Origin: Bacteroides sp.
GTDB lineage: Bacteria; Bacteroidota; Bacteroidia; Bacteroidales; Bacteroidaceae
Direction of reading: 5' to 3'
Length of the DNA stretch: 64,000 nt
Assembly (NCBI RefSeq): GCF_030151085.1
Contig: NZ_JASLER010000069.1
Location: 4,830-68,829, forward strand
The notes below the pieces were generated by a model. The model had not been told where the DNA came from, searched no databases, and saw only the letters and a list, made by a program, of their open reading frames with translations. The position numbers and the translations under genes are program-made. This document shows positions 29,906 through 39,510 of this stretch, piece by piece. How positions within the stretch are numbered: position 1 is the stretch's first letter; every line of letters begins with the position of its first letter.

Positions 29906-30976
29906 TTAAGTATGCAACCTCTTCATATGGCAGAGCAGCAATTCCCCCTTTTCATCCCGCAGATGCATGCCATTTCCTTCGCAATAGCGGAAGAAATCAC
30001 AATCGGCGCAAGCACCTTCTTTCATCCATTCACGATTGCGGAATGACTGGAAACGATGCTCCCATACGTCCATGAAGTCGTCTTGATAAATATTTCCCTG
30101 ATGAAAATCACTTCGGATACTGGGACAAGCAGAAATAGAACCATCTGCCAGGATAGAGCCTACGCTAAGGCCCGCATTGCAAGAGAAGAAATTATCCCGT
30201 ACTTCCCCCTCATAATTGCCTAAGAAACCTTCACAGCAGTAGTTGGCACGCATTTTACCTTCTTTTCGAATACGCTTGATGAAATCTAACACACCTGTGA
30301 ACTCTTCATCGGTCAACTGAAATTCAGGATACTGTACGGCACGCCCTACGGGAAAAATGGTGAACAGGCGCCAATTGCGGACACCTATCTTATATAAAGA
30401 TGCTTTCAATTCATCCAAATAAGGATAATTCCGACGATTGACACAGGTTACCACATCCCATGCCAGTTCCGGTTCATGTACTAACCTTTTGATGGCATCC
30501 ATCGCCCGCGTATAGCTCTCCGGATGTCCTCGCAGCCAGTTATGATCTTCGGGTAAACCATCCAGACTGATAGTAATGGAATGAAGTCCCGCTTTCATCA
30601 ACCGCTGCAAACGTTCTTTGGTCAGATAGAGCCCGTTAGAGACGATGCCCCACGGATAGCCACGACGATAGAGGGCAAGTCCCACTTCCTCCAAGTCTTC
30701 ACGCATCAACGGCTCACCACCGGTAATAACAATACTTACGACATTGGGATTGATATGCGGAGTAATAGAATCGATTACACGCAAGAAATCTTCGGCAGGC
30801 ATATCCTTGATAGTGGACGTACGCTTGCAATCGCTGCCACAATGTTTGCAATGCAAATTACAGCGCTGCGTACACTCCCAAAAGAGTTGCCTCAACGGAT
30901 GCAACTCTTTCAAGTTATTGCGCATCTTCCGCGCAATTTCCAGTGCTAAACGTTTACGAATGGAAAGTGTACCCAC
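29906..30976 (-). CDS. Radical SAM/SPASM enzyme of the rSAM/lipoprotein system (TIGR04133-like)
   Basis: CNLHCKHC motif, ITGGEPL, SISLDG-like ITISLDG, SPASM cysteines CNAG...ACP...CADC...CEG; operonic with a small lipoprotein. Confidence 0.88.
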   Translation of the reverse strand: MGTLSIRKRLALEIARKMRNNLKELHPLRQLFWECTQRCNLHCKHCGSDCKRTSTIKDMPAEDFLRVIDSITPHINPNVVSIVITGGEPLMREDLEEVGLALYRRGYPWGIVSNGLYLTKERLQRLMKAGLHSITISLDGLPEDHNWLRGHPESYTRAMDAIKRLVHEPELAWDVVTCVNRRNYPYLDELKASLYKIGVRNWRLFTIFPVGRAVQYPEFQLTDEEFTGVLDFIKRIRKEGKMRANYCCEGFLGNYEGEVRDNFFSCNAGLSVGSILADGSISACPSIRSDFHQGNIYQDDFMDVWEHRFQSFRNREWMKEGACADCDFFRYCEGNGMHLRDEKGELLLCHMKRLHT

Positions 30977-30981
30977 TGATT

Positions 30982-31440
30982 TTATTCTTCTGTCTTTTTC
31001 AATTTAAAGTTCACTTCTTTGCTATCGCTACCTTGATACCAGCCTTCACCACCCGTCGGATGCATCTCTACATCCGTAGAATCTGCTTTATACGCTCCTG
31101 ACGGATCTTCGCAAATCACTCGGAACCTTCCATAGTTGGTGCCACTGTTCTTATAAATATATTCATTGGTCTTACCGGTACTTAACGTATCAGGATAACT
31201 ATGCCACGGCTTATTATTCTGGTCTAGTTCTTTCACAATAATCCGTGCATTCGTTATAGGTTGTTTACCTTCCGCATCCTGTACTTTGCCCTTGATCTCA
31301 TAATCAGCATGAGGCTGCCCATACATACAAGGTTCATCACCGTTCATAACGTTACTACATGCTGTAAAACCCAATAAGACAAGTATACCAGACATCAACC
31401 GGTTAAAAATTTGCAACCATCGTTGCTTTCCCTTCTTCAT
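30982..31440 (-). CDS. Radical SAM-associated lipoprotein (TIGR04134-like)
   Basis: 152 aa, lipobox LGFTAC, followed by PCMYGQPHADYEIKGKV; 5 bp upstream of the rSAM gene. Confidence 0.82.
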   Translation of the reverse strand: MKKGKQRWLQIFNRLMSGILVLLGFTACSNVMNGDEPCMYGQPHADYEIKGKVQDAEGKQPITNARIIVKELDQNNKPWHSYPDTLSTGKTNEYIYKNSGTNYGRFRVICEDPSGAYKADSTDVEMHPTGGEGWYQGSDSKEVNFKLKKTEE

Positions 31441-31480
31441 AGCATTCTCTCAATTTAAATTATATTCTATAAAATGCACG

Positions 31481-31514
31481 TAAAAAAGGAATACTGCATA
31501 CATAGTATTCCTTT
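31481..31514 (-). terminator. Rho-independent terminator after the acyl-CoA ligase gene
   Basis: AAAGGAATACT (31485-31495) / AGTATTCCTTT (31504-31514) stem with T-run on the minus strand. Confidence 0.65.
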
Positions 31515-31527
31515 CTTTGTAAAAAAG

Positions 31528-33591
31528 CTAACTTTTTTCTATTCTGATGCGGGCATCTACCGCTATAACATATTTCTCAGTGGCAAGCAACGGATTAATA
31601 TCCATTTCTTTTATCTCGGTGGCAAAGCGCAACAAGGTAGATAACCTCACTATTATCTCGGCAAATTTATCTTCATTTACTCCCTTCTGACCGCGTGTAC
31701 CCTTAATGATCTTGTAAGCACGCAACGAATGAATCATAGAATAAGCTTCTTCGTACGATAAGGGAGCCATACCGGAAGATACATCTTTCAACACTTCCAC
31801 GAAAATGCCTCCCAAACCACAAAGCACCACATGACCGAATTTCTCTTCATACTTTGCACCAACAAACAGTTCCGTTCCCTTTAGCATAGGTTGTATCATT
31901 ATGGCACGCGCCTCAGGTATCTGCATCATTCGGTCGAACTCGAATGCCAGATGCTGCTCACCTTTAATATTCAATACCACGCCACCCACATCCGATTTGT
32001 GTACAGGGCCTACCACCTTTGCTACCACCGGGAAACCGGCACGACGAGCGAAAGCAAGTACTTCCTCTTTACCTGCCGATACAAACTCCTCTACCACCGG
32101 TATTCCGGCTGAGTGAAGCAATGCTTGAACATAATGTGGTTCGATATATCCATCCTCGGGTATGGAATCAATAATCTTGCGGATACGAGGTACGTCCACT
32201 CCGAAGAGTGCTATCTCGTTATTGGCAGGTTTCGGCGCATTCACTATCCGGGATAGAGCAGTGCCTAATGTTACTTCATCCGAGAAGTTCACATGACCTT
32301 TTGCCAGGAAAGCGGCCACTTCGGCTCCCGCCGTATTGATGGAAGGAAGAATCGGAAAGATTGGTTTCTTGCAATTCTGCATCTTCTCGTGCATCACATC
32401 GTACATTTCGAACATGGTTACCAATCCCGGAGTACCGAAGATAGCCATTACAGCATCAATGTTGTCGAGTTTCTCTTCGCAATATTCCAGGCAGATACGC
32501 AGATGTTCGGGTGTACCTGTAGCTAGAATGTCTATTGGATTTCCCACGGATGCACCGGGGAATAGTTTGCTTTTTAGTTCTTCGGCAAGAGGGCCTTCCA
32601 ATTTGGGAACATTCAGTCCGCCCTTGCTCAAAGCATCCGTTAGCATTACGCCGGGGCCTCCGGCATGGGTGATAATGGCAAAGTTCTTGCCTCGCAGTTC
32701 AGGTAGAGTGAAGATACACCCTACAGTCGTCAGTTCCTCGCGAGAATAGCAACGGATAATACCTGCCTTACGGAACAAAGCCTCTACTGCCGAATCACTG
32801 CTGGCAATAGCTCCTGTATGTGAAGAAGCTGCCCGGCTACCGCTCTCGCTGCTACCGGCTTTGATGGCTGCAATCTTGCACCCTTTCTTTATGAGCGAAG
32901 AGGCATGAAACAACAGGCGGTCGGGGTTACTGATACTCTCTATATACAGTAGCTTTATCTTAGAATCTGTTTCCGGATTGAAATGTTCGTCCATATATTG
33001 CAGTACATCTTCCACACCGATTTGCTTGGCATTGCCCACAGACCAGACAGAGTTGAATTGCAACCCTTTCGTTACTGCACTCTCCAAGATAAATACGGCT
33101 GTTGCACCCGAGCTGGATATCAAGTCCACGCCTTGCGGATGCAAGTTCGGAATAGGTTGGCTGAAGACACTATGGTGCCAGGTATTCATCAAACCGATAC
33201 AATTGGGGCCTATCAAAGAAGCACCATACTTATTTACCGTATCCAAAATCCGGTTTTCCAGCATGGCTCCTTCATGGGTCTCTTCGCCAAAGCCGGCAGA
33301 CAGTATGATAAAAGCTCTCACCTGCTTTTCCGAAGCCAATAATTCCACCGTATCCGGACAAAGATTTGCCGGAATAGCAAGGATGGCAAGGTCTGTATCA
33401 GGAATATCCTTCACATCGGCAAAAGCCGCTACGCCTTGTACTTCTGTTTCTTTAGGATTGACTGCACGAAGTTCTCCGGCGTATTTCCCATTGATCAAAT
33501 TCTTCAGAATAGCACCTCCCGGCTTGTGTACATTATTAGAGGCTCCCACCACCACGATACTGGCAGGCTGTAGCAATTGGCTTGTTATCAT
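31528..33591 (-). CDS. Acetate/acyl-CoA ligase (ADP-forming) family protein
   Basis: CoA-binding VVVGASN, ILSAGFGE, IGPNCIG, AASSHTGAIA (phospho-His), C-terminal ATP-grasp HKSDVGGV, EMDINPL, AVDARI. Confidence 0.92.
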   Translation of the reverse strand: MITSQLLQPASIVVVGASNNVHKPGGAILKNLINGKYAGELRAVNPKETEVQGVAAFADVKDIPDTDLAILAIPANLCPDTVELLASEKQVRAFIILSAGFGEETHEGAMLENRILDTVNKYGASLIGPNCIGLMNTWHHSVFSQPIPNLHPQGVDLISSSGATAVFILESAVTKGLQFNSVWSVGNAKQIGVEDVLQYMDEHFNPETDSKIKLLYIESISNPDRLLFHASSLIKKGCKIAAIKAGSSESGSRAASSHTGAIASSDSAVEALFRKAGIIRCYSREELTTVGCIFTLPELRGKNFAIITHAGGPGVMLTDALSKGGLNVPKLEGPLAEELKSKLFPGASVGNPIDILATGTPEHLRICLEYCEEKLDNIDAVMAIFGTPGLVTMFEMYDVMHEKMQNCKKPIFPILPSINTAGAEVAAFLAKGHVNFSDEVTLGTALSRIVNAPKPANNEIALFGVDVPRIRKIIDSIPEDGYIEPHYVQALLHSAGIPVVEEFVSAGKEEVLAFARRAGFPVVAKVVGPVHKSDVGGVVLNIKGEQHLAFEFDRMMQIPEARAIMIQPMLKGTELFVGAKYEEKFGHVVLCGLGGIFVEVLKDVSSGMAPLSYEEAYSMIHSLRAYKIIKGTRGQKGVNEDKFAEIIVRLSTLLRFATEIKEMDINPLLATEKYVIAVDARIRIEKS

Positions 33592-33623
33592 TGTCTTTCC
33601 ATGTTAAGTTTATGAACAATGTA

Positions 33624-33809
33624 CAAATATACATTTTCTATACGTAATAACAATCGAGGAAGGATTTTTCTTTGCAGGTGTAGCAATTATGGTAGCATTT
33701 GTAACCACAGTCCCATAAAGCGGTCATAGATTATAACCATTATTTGATATACAAACCAGCCTCTTTGGTCTACAAAATCAGTAACCTCTTCCCTTTACAT
33801 CTATTTTTG
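33624..33809. promoter_or_regulatory. Divergent promoter region with a 21-bp-period direct repeat (candidate LytTR operator)
   Basis: TATATTTG minus (33624-33631); TATTTTTG plus (33802-33809); TTTGATATACAAA (33743) / TTTGGTCTACAAA (33764). Confidence 0.55.
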
Positions 33810-33837
33810 TCCACGATTAAAACACTAAAAGTAGAAT

Positions 33838-36234
33838 ATGAACAATAAAACAAAGACCCCATTCGCAGGTATCAAGCCAATTTCGATGCAAGGAAGAATA
33901 GAAATACTCTTGCTAATTCTCAGTATCTGCCTGCCCATCTCTGCCCAACAACTCACCCAAAACATCAGAGGTATCGTAACAGACCAAGCATCGGGTGCTC
34001 CCGTAGCCTACGCCACCATCCAACTAGAAGATGCACCGGACAAGGGAGCCGTTACAGATAGTCTGGGAAACTTCCTACTGACCGGCATCCCCGTAGGGCG
34101 GCACAATGTGAAAGCCACCTACATAGGCTACACCCCGAGTATCATCCGTGAGATACTGGTATCTTCTGCCAAAGAAGTATTTCTGAATATCGCGATGAGC
34201 GAAAATGCGCAGATATTGAAAGAAGTCGTCGTGCGTCCGCAAGTCAATAAGGAGCAACCGATGAACAGTATGGCTCTGTCCGGCGCACGCATGTTCAGCG
34301 TAGAAGAGGCGTCACGCTATGCCGGAGGGTTGGACGACCCTGCCCGACTGGCAAGTTCCTTTGCCGGAATCGCCTCAGGCGTATCGCAGAACGGCATCTC
34401 CATACATGGCAATGCCCCACATCTACTGCAATGGCGACTAGAAGACGTAGAGATTCCCAATCCCAACCATTTTGCAGACATTGCCACCTTGGGCGGCGGA
34501 ATACTATCTTCGCTAAGCAACCATGTGCTAGGCAATTCGGACTTCTTTACCGGCGCCTTCCCCGCAGAATACAGCAATGCCGTATCGGGCGTGTTCGACA
34601 TGAAGTTGCGCAACGGAAATAGCCGGAAGATGGAGAATACCTTCCAGGTAGGAATCCTGGGAATCGACGTAGCATCGGAAGGGCCACTCAGCAAGAAGCA
34701 CAACTCCTCGTATATCGTCAACTACCGCTACTCCGCCACAGGGCTGTTGACCAACACCGGCATTGTGGACTTGGGCGGTACCTTCGACTATCAAGACCTC
34801 AACTTCAAACTGAACTTCCCAACGCGTAAAGCAGGAACTTTCACCATCTGGGGCACTAGCCTGATAGACAAGTACAGCAGCGACTGGGAAGAGAAATCTC
34901 CCGAAGACTGGGAATACCAAAACGACCACTCGCAATCGGACATGAAGCAATATATGGCGGCAGGAGGGCTCAGCCACCGCTACTTCTTCAACGACCGGGC
35001 TTTCTTGAAGACCACACTGGCAGTGACTTACTTCAAGAGCACGGCGGACATGAAGATATACGACACTGATTTCACTTCCACGCCCTACTTGGACATGTAC
35101 CGTGAAAATACAAACTTGGTATTTACCACTGCCTACAACCACAAGTTCAGTTCGCGGTTTACCAATAAGACGGGCTTCACCTACACACAGATGTACTACG
35201 ACATGAAAATGAGCCTTGTACCTTATATTGCCCAACCCATGAACCTTATCTCCATGGGAGATGGCAACACAGGACTCTTTTCCGCCTATACCAGCAATTT
35301 CATCGACATCAGCAACCGCCTGAGCCTCAGCTTAGGACTCAGTACCCAGAACCTGACACTGAACAACCAGTGGACTTCGGAACCCCGTGCCGGACTGAGA
35401 TGGCAAACCAACGAACGCCTTTCCCTTTCCGCCGCCTACGGTCTACACAGCCGCATGGAGAAGATGGACGTATACTACACTCGCACCGCACAGACGGGAG
35501 ACCAACTGGTAAATCGTAACCTAGACTTCAGCAAAGCCCACCACTTCATGCTCACCTTCGACTACCGGCTATCCAACGACTTGAAACTCGTGATAGAGCC
35601 TTACTATCAACAACTCTTCGACATCCCCGTACGCCCCGGCGACTCCTATTCCGTGCTCAACCGGACGGACTTCTACATCGAAGACGCCTTAGTAAACCGG
35701 GGACGGGGACGCAACATCGGCATCGACCTTACATTGGAGAAGTATCTCAGCCACGGCTACTACTATCTGTTCACCGGCTCTCTCTTCAACTCCCGTTACT
35801 GCGGCGGCGACGGCGTGTGGCACGATAGCCGTTTCAACCGCCATTACATCCTCAACCTGCTGGGCGGCAAGGAATGGATGTTGGGACAAAGCAAGCAGAA
35901 CATCCTCAGCATCAACGCCAAAATCACCCTGCAAGGAGGCGACCGTTATGCCCCGATAGACTTGGAAGCCACAATGGCACATCCCGACAAAGAAGTGCAA
36001 TACGACGAAACTCGTGCCTACAGCCTGCAATACTCGCCTATGCTACTGACAAACCTCTCCGTCAGTTACAAGATAAACAAGAAACGGTGCACGCACGAGT
36101 TTGCCGTGAAGTTGGTGAACCTGACGGGTTGCCAAGAACACTACGGTCACGAAATGAACTTAAAAACCGGAAAGATAGACGAAGTAAAGCAGATGACTGC
36201 CCTACCGAATATCTACTATAAAATAGAGTTTTAA
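33838..36234 (+). CDS. TonB-dependent receptor with N-terminal carboxypeptidase-regulatory-like domain (no SusD partner)
   Basis: QNIRGIVTD, TDSLGNF, DDPARLASSFAG, EIPNPNHFA, GAFPAEYSNAVSGVFDMKLR, C-terminal YKIEF; true start may be a downstream Met. Confidence 0.85.
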   Translation: MNNKTKTPFAGIKPISMQGRIEILLLILSICLPISAQQLTQNIRGIVTDQASGAPVAYATIQLEDAPDKGAVTDSLGNFLLTGIPVGRHNVKATYIGYTPSIIREILVSSAKEVFLNIAMSENAQILKEVVVRPQVNKEQPMNSMALSGARMFSVEEASRYAGGLDDPARLASSFAGIASGVSQNGISIHGNAPHLLQWRLEDVEIPNPNHFADIATLGGGILSSLSNHVLGNSDFFTGAFPAEYSNAVSGVFDMKLRNGNSRKMENTFQVGILGIDVASEGPLSKKHNSSYIVNYRYSATGLLTNTGIVDLGGTFDYQDLNFKLNFPTRKAGTFTIWGTSLIDKYSSDWEEKSPEDWEYQNDHSQSDMKQYMAAGGLSHRYFFNDRAFLKTTLAVTYFKSTADMKIYDTDFTSTPYLDMYRENTNLVFTTAYNHKFSSRFTNKTGFTYTQMYYDMKMSLVPYIAQPMNLISMGDGNTGLFSAYTSNFIDISNRLSLSLGLSTQNLTLNNQWTSEPRAGLRWQTNERLSLSAAYGLHSRMEKMDVYYTRTAQTGDQLVNRNLDFSKAHHFMLTFDYRLSNDLKLVIEPYYQQLFDIPVRPGDSYSVLNRTDFYIEDALVNRGRGRNIGIDLTLEKYLSHGYYYLFTGSLFNSRYCGGDGVWHDSRFNRHYILNLLGGKEWMLGQSKQNILSINAKITLQGGDRYAPIDLEATMAHPDKEVQYDETRAYSLQYSPMLLTNLSVSYKINKKRCTHEFAVKLVNLTGCQEHYGHEMNLKTGKIDEVKQMTALPNIYYKIEF

Positions 36235-36300
36235 ATGATTATTGTTGTACTTTTGGCTTCGGATTAAGACATCTGACGGATGCGGATAAGAGAAAGACAA

Positions 36301-36550
36301 AGAGTGAGCGCCTCAAACATTACGACTGAGTCTGCCTCCCTATAGGACTGAGCCCCTCACACTTTAGGACTGAATGGTAAAAAGATCCGGGTCTTTTATC
36401 TAAAAACATCCCCATCTTTTACTCCAAAACATCCGGATCTTTTGGGGTAAAACATCCGGGTCTTTTTGAAAATTACATCCGGATGTTCAGCCCTCTCACT
36501 CCTAAGGTGTGAGGAGCTCAATCCTAAGGTGTAAGCAGCTAAGTCCCTAT
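36301..36550. repeat. Composite palindromic array: five 23-bp units flanked by inverted ~22-bp units
   Basis: AAAAcATCCGGrTCTTTT-type cores (ATCC at 36385, 36408, 36431, 36454, 36477); left arm TAGGACTGAGCCCCTCACACTTTAGGA pairs with right arm TCCTAAGGTGTGAGGAGCTCAATCCTA. Confidence 0.8.
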
Positions 36551-36573
36551 GAGTAATCCCTTGAAAACATAGA

Positions 36574-37632
36574 TTGAACATGAATCGTACCAATGATATA
36601 AATAATTCGTCCCTGCTGCACAAGCTCCTGATAGCTCCGGAGTACAGAGTATACAGGCATCTGTTACTTTTATCCGTCATAGCCATCATATCGCTGAACC
36701 AAGCCTTTATGACCTTCCTCGACGGACTGGACATCCTGGGTAACAGAATCTATCTGCAAGCCGGACTGATATTTGCCAGCTACATCCTAGTAGGCTATTT
36801 CAACTTCTTCGTCATGCTGCCACGCTATTTGCTGAAAAGGCAGTATACACGATACATTGTTCTGCTGGCAGTATCCATCTTCTTGCTGGTCATCTTCCAG
36901 ACTGGAGAGGAGTATTGTGTATTAACGCATTTACAAATCGTCAATAACTCATACAATTTTCCCAATATCTACATCAGCATGCTCTCAGCCTTCGCCTTGA
37001 TACTGCTCTCACTTTCCGGTCCCGCCATGACCATACTTTTGAAATACTGGCTAACGGAGAATGAGAAGATGGGCGAATTGGAAAAGCGGCACATACAGTC
37101 GGAAGTAGAGCAACTGAAAGAACAAGTAAGTCCGCACCTCCTCTTCGGCACGCTGAACCATGCGGGCGTACTGGCGATACAACACCCTTCGGAAGCCTCC
37201 GCCATGCTGCTACGCCTTAGCCAACTGCTGCGCTACCAACTGTATGACTGCAACCGGGAGCAGGTGTTGCTAAGCGCCGAGATAAAGTTTCTGAACAGCT
37301 ATTTGATGTTGGAGCAAAGTCGCTCGGATACTTTCAGTTTCACCATTCATCAAGACAAAGAGACGGCTTATACGCTGGTTGCCCCCTTACTGTTTATCTC
37401 CTTTGTGCAGGCGGCAGTCCGCAAGATATATGAACAGAACAGCCGTACTGCCTTGGAACTGGACTTCAGTACCTCCACCGGTAGTGTCACTTTCAGTTTC
37501 AGCAGCACTCCGGCGCCCTTATTCATTGACATCAATTATTCCAAAATCAATCAACGGCTCAACCTGCTTTATCCGGGACGTCACTCCCTACGCATCTCCG
37601 ACTGCCGCATCATCTTAAATATGGAATTATGA
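36574..37632 (+). CDS. LytS/YehU-family membrane histidine kinase with degenerate ATP-binding domain
   Basis: N-terminal TM helices, LKEQVSPHLLFGTLN, LLRYQLY; ENAxKH and GxGL boxes absent. Confidence 0.8.
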   Translation: MNMNRTNDINNSSLLHKLLIAPEYRVYRHLLLLSVIAIISLNQAFMTFLDGLDILGNRIYLQAGLIFASYILVGYFNFFVMLPRYLLKRQYTRYIVLLAVSIFLLVIFQTGEEYCVLTHLQIVNNSYNFPNIYISMLSAFALILLSLSGPAMTILLKYWLTENEKMGELEKRHIQSEVEQLKEQVSPHLLFGTLNHAGVLAIQHPSEASAMLLRLSQLLRYQLYDCNREQVLLSAEIKFLNSYLMLEQSRSDTFSFTIHQDKETAYTLVAPLLFISFVQAAVRKIYEQNSRTALELDFSTSTGSVTFSFSSTPAPLFIDINYSKINQRLNLLYPGRHSLRISDCRIILNMEL

Positions 37633-38714
37633 AACTAGCCCAAATCCATACCGACGGGAATACCGTGCCCGACCTCTTCATCAGTCCACGGTTTAGAGTC
37701 CTCAGGCACATCCTGCTACAACTCATGCTGATGATACTTAGCATCAACATCGCTCTGAACGGGGAAGGTCAACTATACCCAAATCCGCAGCCGGAAGATC
37801 TCATCTCCTGGATCAGTCACTTCCTGCTTATCAACAGCACCATCTACTTCAACCTCTATCTGCTGGCTCCACGCTATCTGGAGAAAGGAAAGTACAAAAA
37901 GTATTTCACAGGCATCGCACTGACCACCGTATTTATCCTGACGGGAGTATTTCTGCTGAAAGGTCTCATATTCAAAAGTTCCGCAGTCGAGGAATTAGTA
38001 CGCCCGGCTCTCATACTTCTGAATCTCTGTTCGTCCACCCTTGCCATTATTCTGATGCTTGCCGGGACATCCACCTTCTTGCTGCTGCGTCACTGGATAG
38101 GCTACAACCAGCGCATCAGCGAACTGGAATCCACCACCCTGCAATCGGAACTCAAGCAACTGAAACGTCAAATCAACCCGCACTTCCTGTTCAATATGCT
38201 GAACAATGCCAGCATGTTACTCAAGAAAAATCCCGAAGAAGCCTCACAACTTCTCTTCAAACTGGAAGACATGTTGCGCTACCAAATCAACGACAGTTCG
38301 CAAGACCGGGTATCGCTAAGTTCGGATATTCATTTTTTAAACGACTTCCTCAATCTGGAGAAAATCCGCCGTGACAAGTTTGAGTGTAGCATTGCCAAAG
38401 AAGGTTGTATAGAACATGTTTCACTTCCTCCACTTCTCTTCATCCCATTCGTAGAGAATGCCGTGAAGCACAACTCCGACAGCGAACATGGCTCGTATGT
38501 ACATCTTTCTTTCAAGGTGTGGGGAAACGAACTGTTCTTCGAGTGCGTCAACTCCAACCCCCAACAGTCTACAGACAACCGCAAGCAGCAAGTCGGTGGC
38601 TTGGGACTGAAGAACATCACCCGTCGACTCGAACTGCTCTATCCAGACAGACATACCCTGGAAACGGAAAAGAATGAAAACTGTTATAAAGTCAAATTAC
38701 ACCTTATATTATGA
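37629..38714 (+). CDS. LytS/YehU-family membrane histidine kinase
   Basis: LKRQINPHFLFNMLNN, PFVENAVKH, GGLGLKNITRRLELLYP. Confidence 0.92.
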   Translation: MKLAQIHTDGNTVPDLFISPRFRVLRHILLQLMLMILSINIALNGEGQLYPNPQPEDLISWISHFLLINSTIYFNLYLLAPRYLEKGKYKKYFTGIALTTVFILTGVFLLKGLIFKSSAVEELVRPALILLNLCSSTLAIILMLAGTSTFLLLRHWIGYNQRISELESTTLQSELKQLKRQINPHFLFNMLNNASMLLKKNPEEASQLLFKLEDMLRYQINDSSQDRVSLSSDIHFLNDFLNLEKIRRDKFECSIAKEGCIEHVSLPPLLFIPFVENAVKHNSDSEHGSYVHLSFKVWGNELFFECVNSNPQQSTDNRKQQVGGLGLKNITRRLELLYPDRHTLETEKNENCYKVKLHLIL

Positions 38715-39427
38715 ATTGTATTATCGTAGACGACGAACCGCTGGCACGTGAAGCCATCGAGTTCCTGGTAAAAGAGATCTCTTACCTCAACCTCACAGGC
38801 ACCTTCAACAACGCCGCAGCAGCCGCCCGCTTCATGGAAACGGAAACGGTCGATTTAATATTTCTGGATATACAGATGCCCGGCATTACAGGGATAGAGC
38901 TTGCCAAAACCATCTCCCGACGTACGCTTATCATCTTCACCACCGCCTATTCAGAGTATGCGCTGGATAGCTACGAAGTGGATGCCATTGACTACCTCAT
39001 CAAACCCGTATCCCCGGAACGTTTCTGCAAAGCAACGGACAAAGCACTTTCTTATCACTCCCTGCTGCTACAAGAAGAGAAAGAAAACATCGAGCCTGCC
39101 GCTGATGAATACTTCTTCGTGAAATCAGAGCGGAAATACTTTAAAGTCAACTTTGAGGATATACTCTTTGTGGAGGGTTTGAAGGATTACGTCATCCTAC
39201 AATTGGAAGAACAACGCATCATCACCCGCATGAACCTGAAAGCGATGTACGAGTTATTACCCAAAAGCATTTTCCTGCGCGTAAATAAATCATATATCGT
39301 AAACACCACTCGCATCGAGGCATTCGATAATAATGATATTTTCATTAGGACACATGAGATAGCCATCGGCAACGGTTACCGTGACAGTTTCTTTGAAGAA
39401 TTTGTCACGCGTAAACGAAAAGTGTAG
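38711..39427 (+). CDS. LytTR-family response regulator
   Basis: IVDDEPLA, FLDIQMP, FTTAY, DYLIKP, FLRVNKSYIVN. Confidence 0.95.
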   Translation: MNCIIVDDEPLAREAIEFLVKEISYLNLTGTFNNAAAAARFMETETVDLIFLDIQMPGITGIELAKTISRRTLIIFTTAYSEYALDSYEVDAIDYLIKPVSPERFCKATDKALSYHSLLLQEEKENIEPAADEYFFVKSERKYFKVNFEDILFVEGLKDYVILQLEEQRIITRMNLKAMYELLPKSIFLRVNKSYIVNTTRIEAFDNNDIFIRTHEIAIGNGYRDSFFEEFVTRKRKV

Positions 39428-39510
39428 TTTCCTCTGCTTTTCCAAGACAACAGATATAAGATTAAAGTATTTTATGTACATTTGCCAGTGTTTGAGAAAA
39501 CACTATATTC

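Noticed and set aside
34528..35235. 235-aa minus-strand ORF, and similar ORFs at 32978, 54007 and 63280
   Set aside because: Shadow frames opposite well-supported genes
36301..36550. Possible CRISPR array
   Set aside because: Units are directly tandem with only a few variable bases, no unique spacers and no cas genes
36396..36734. 112-aa minus-strand ORF across the repeat array
   Set aside because: Overlaps the kinase start on the opposite strand; its tail is just translated repeat
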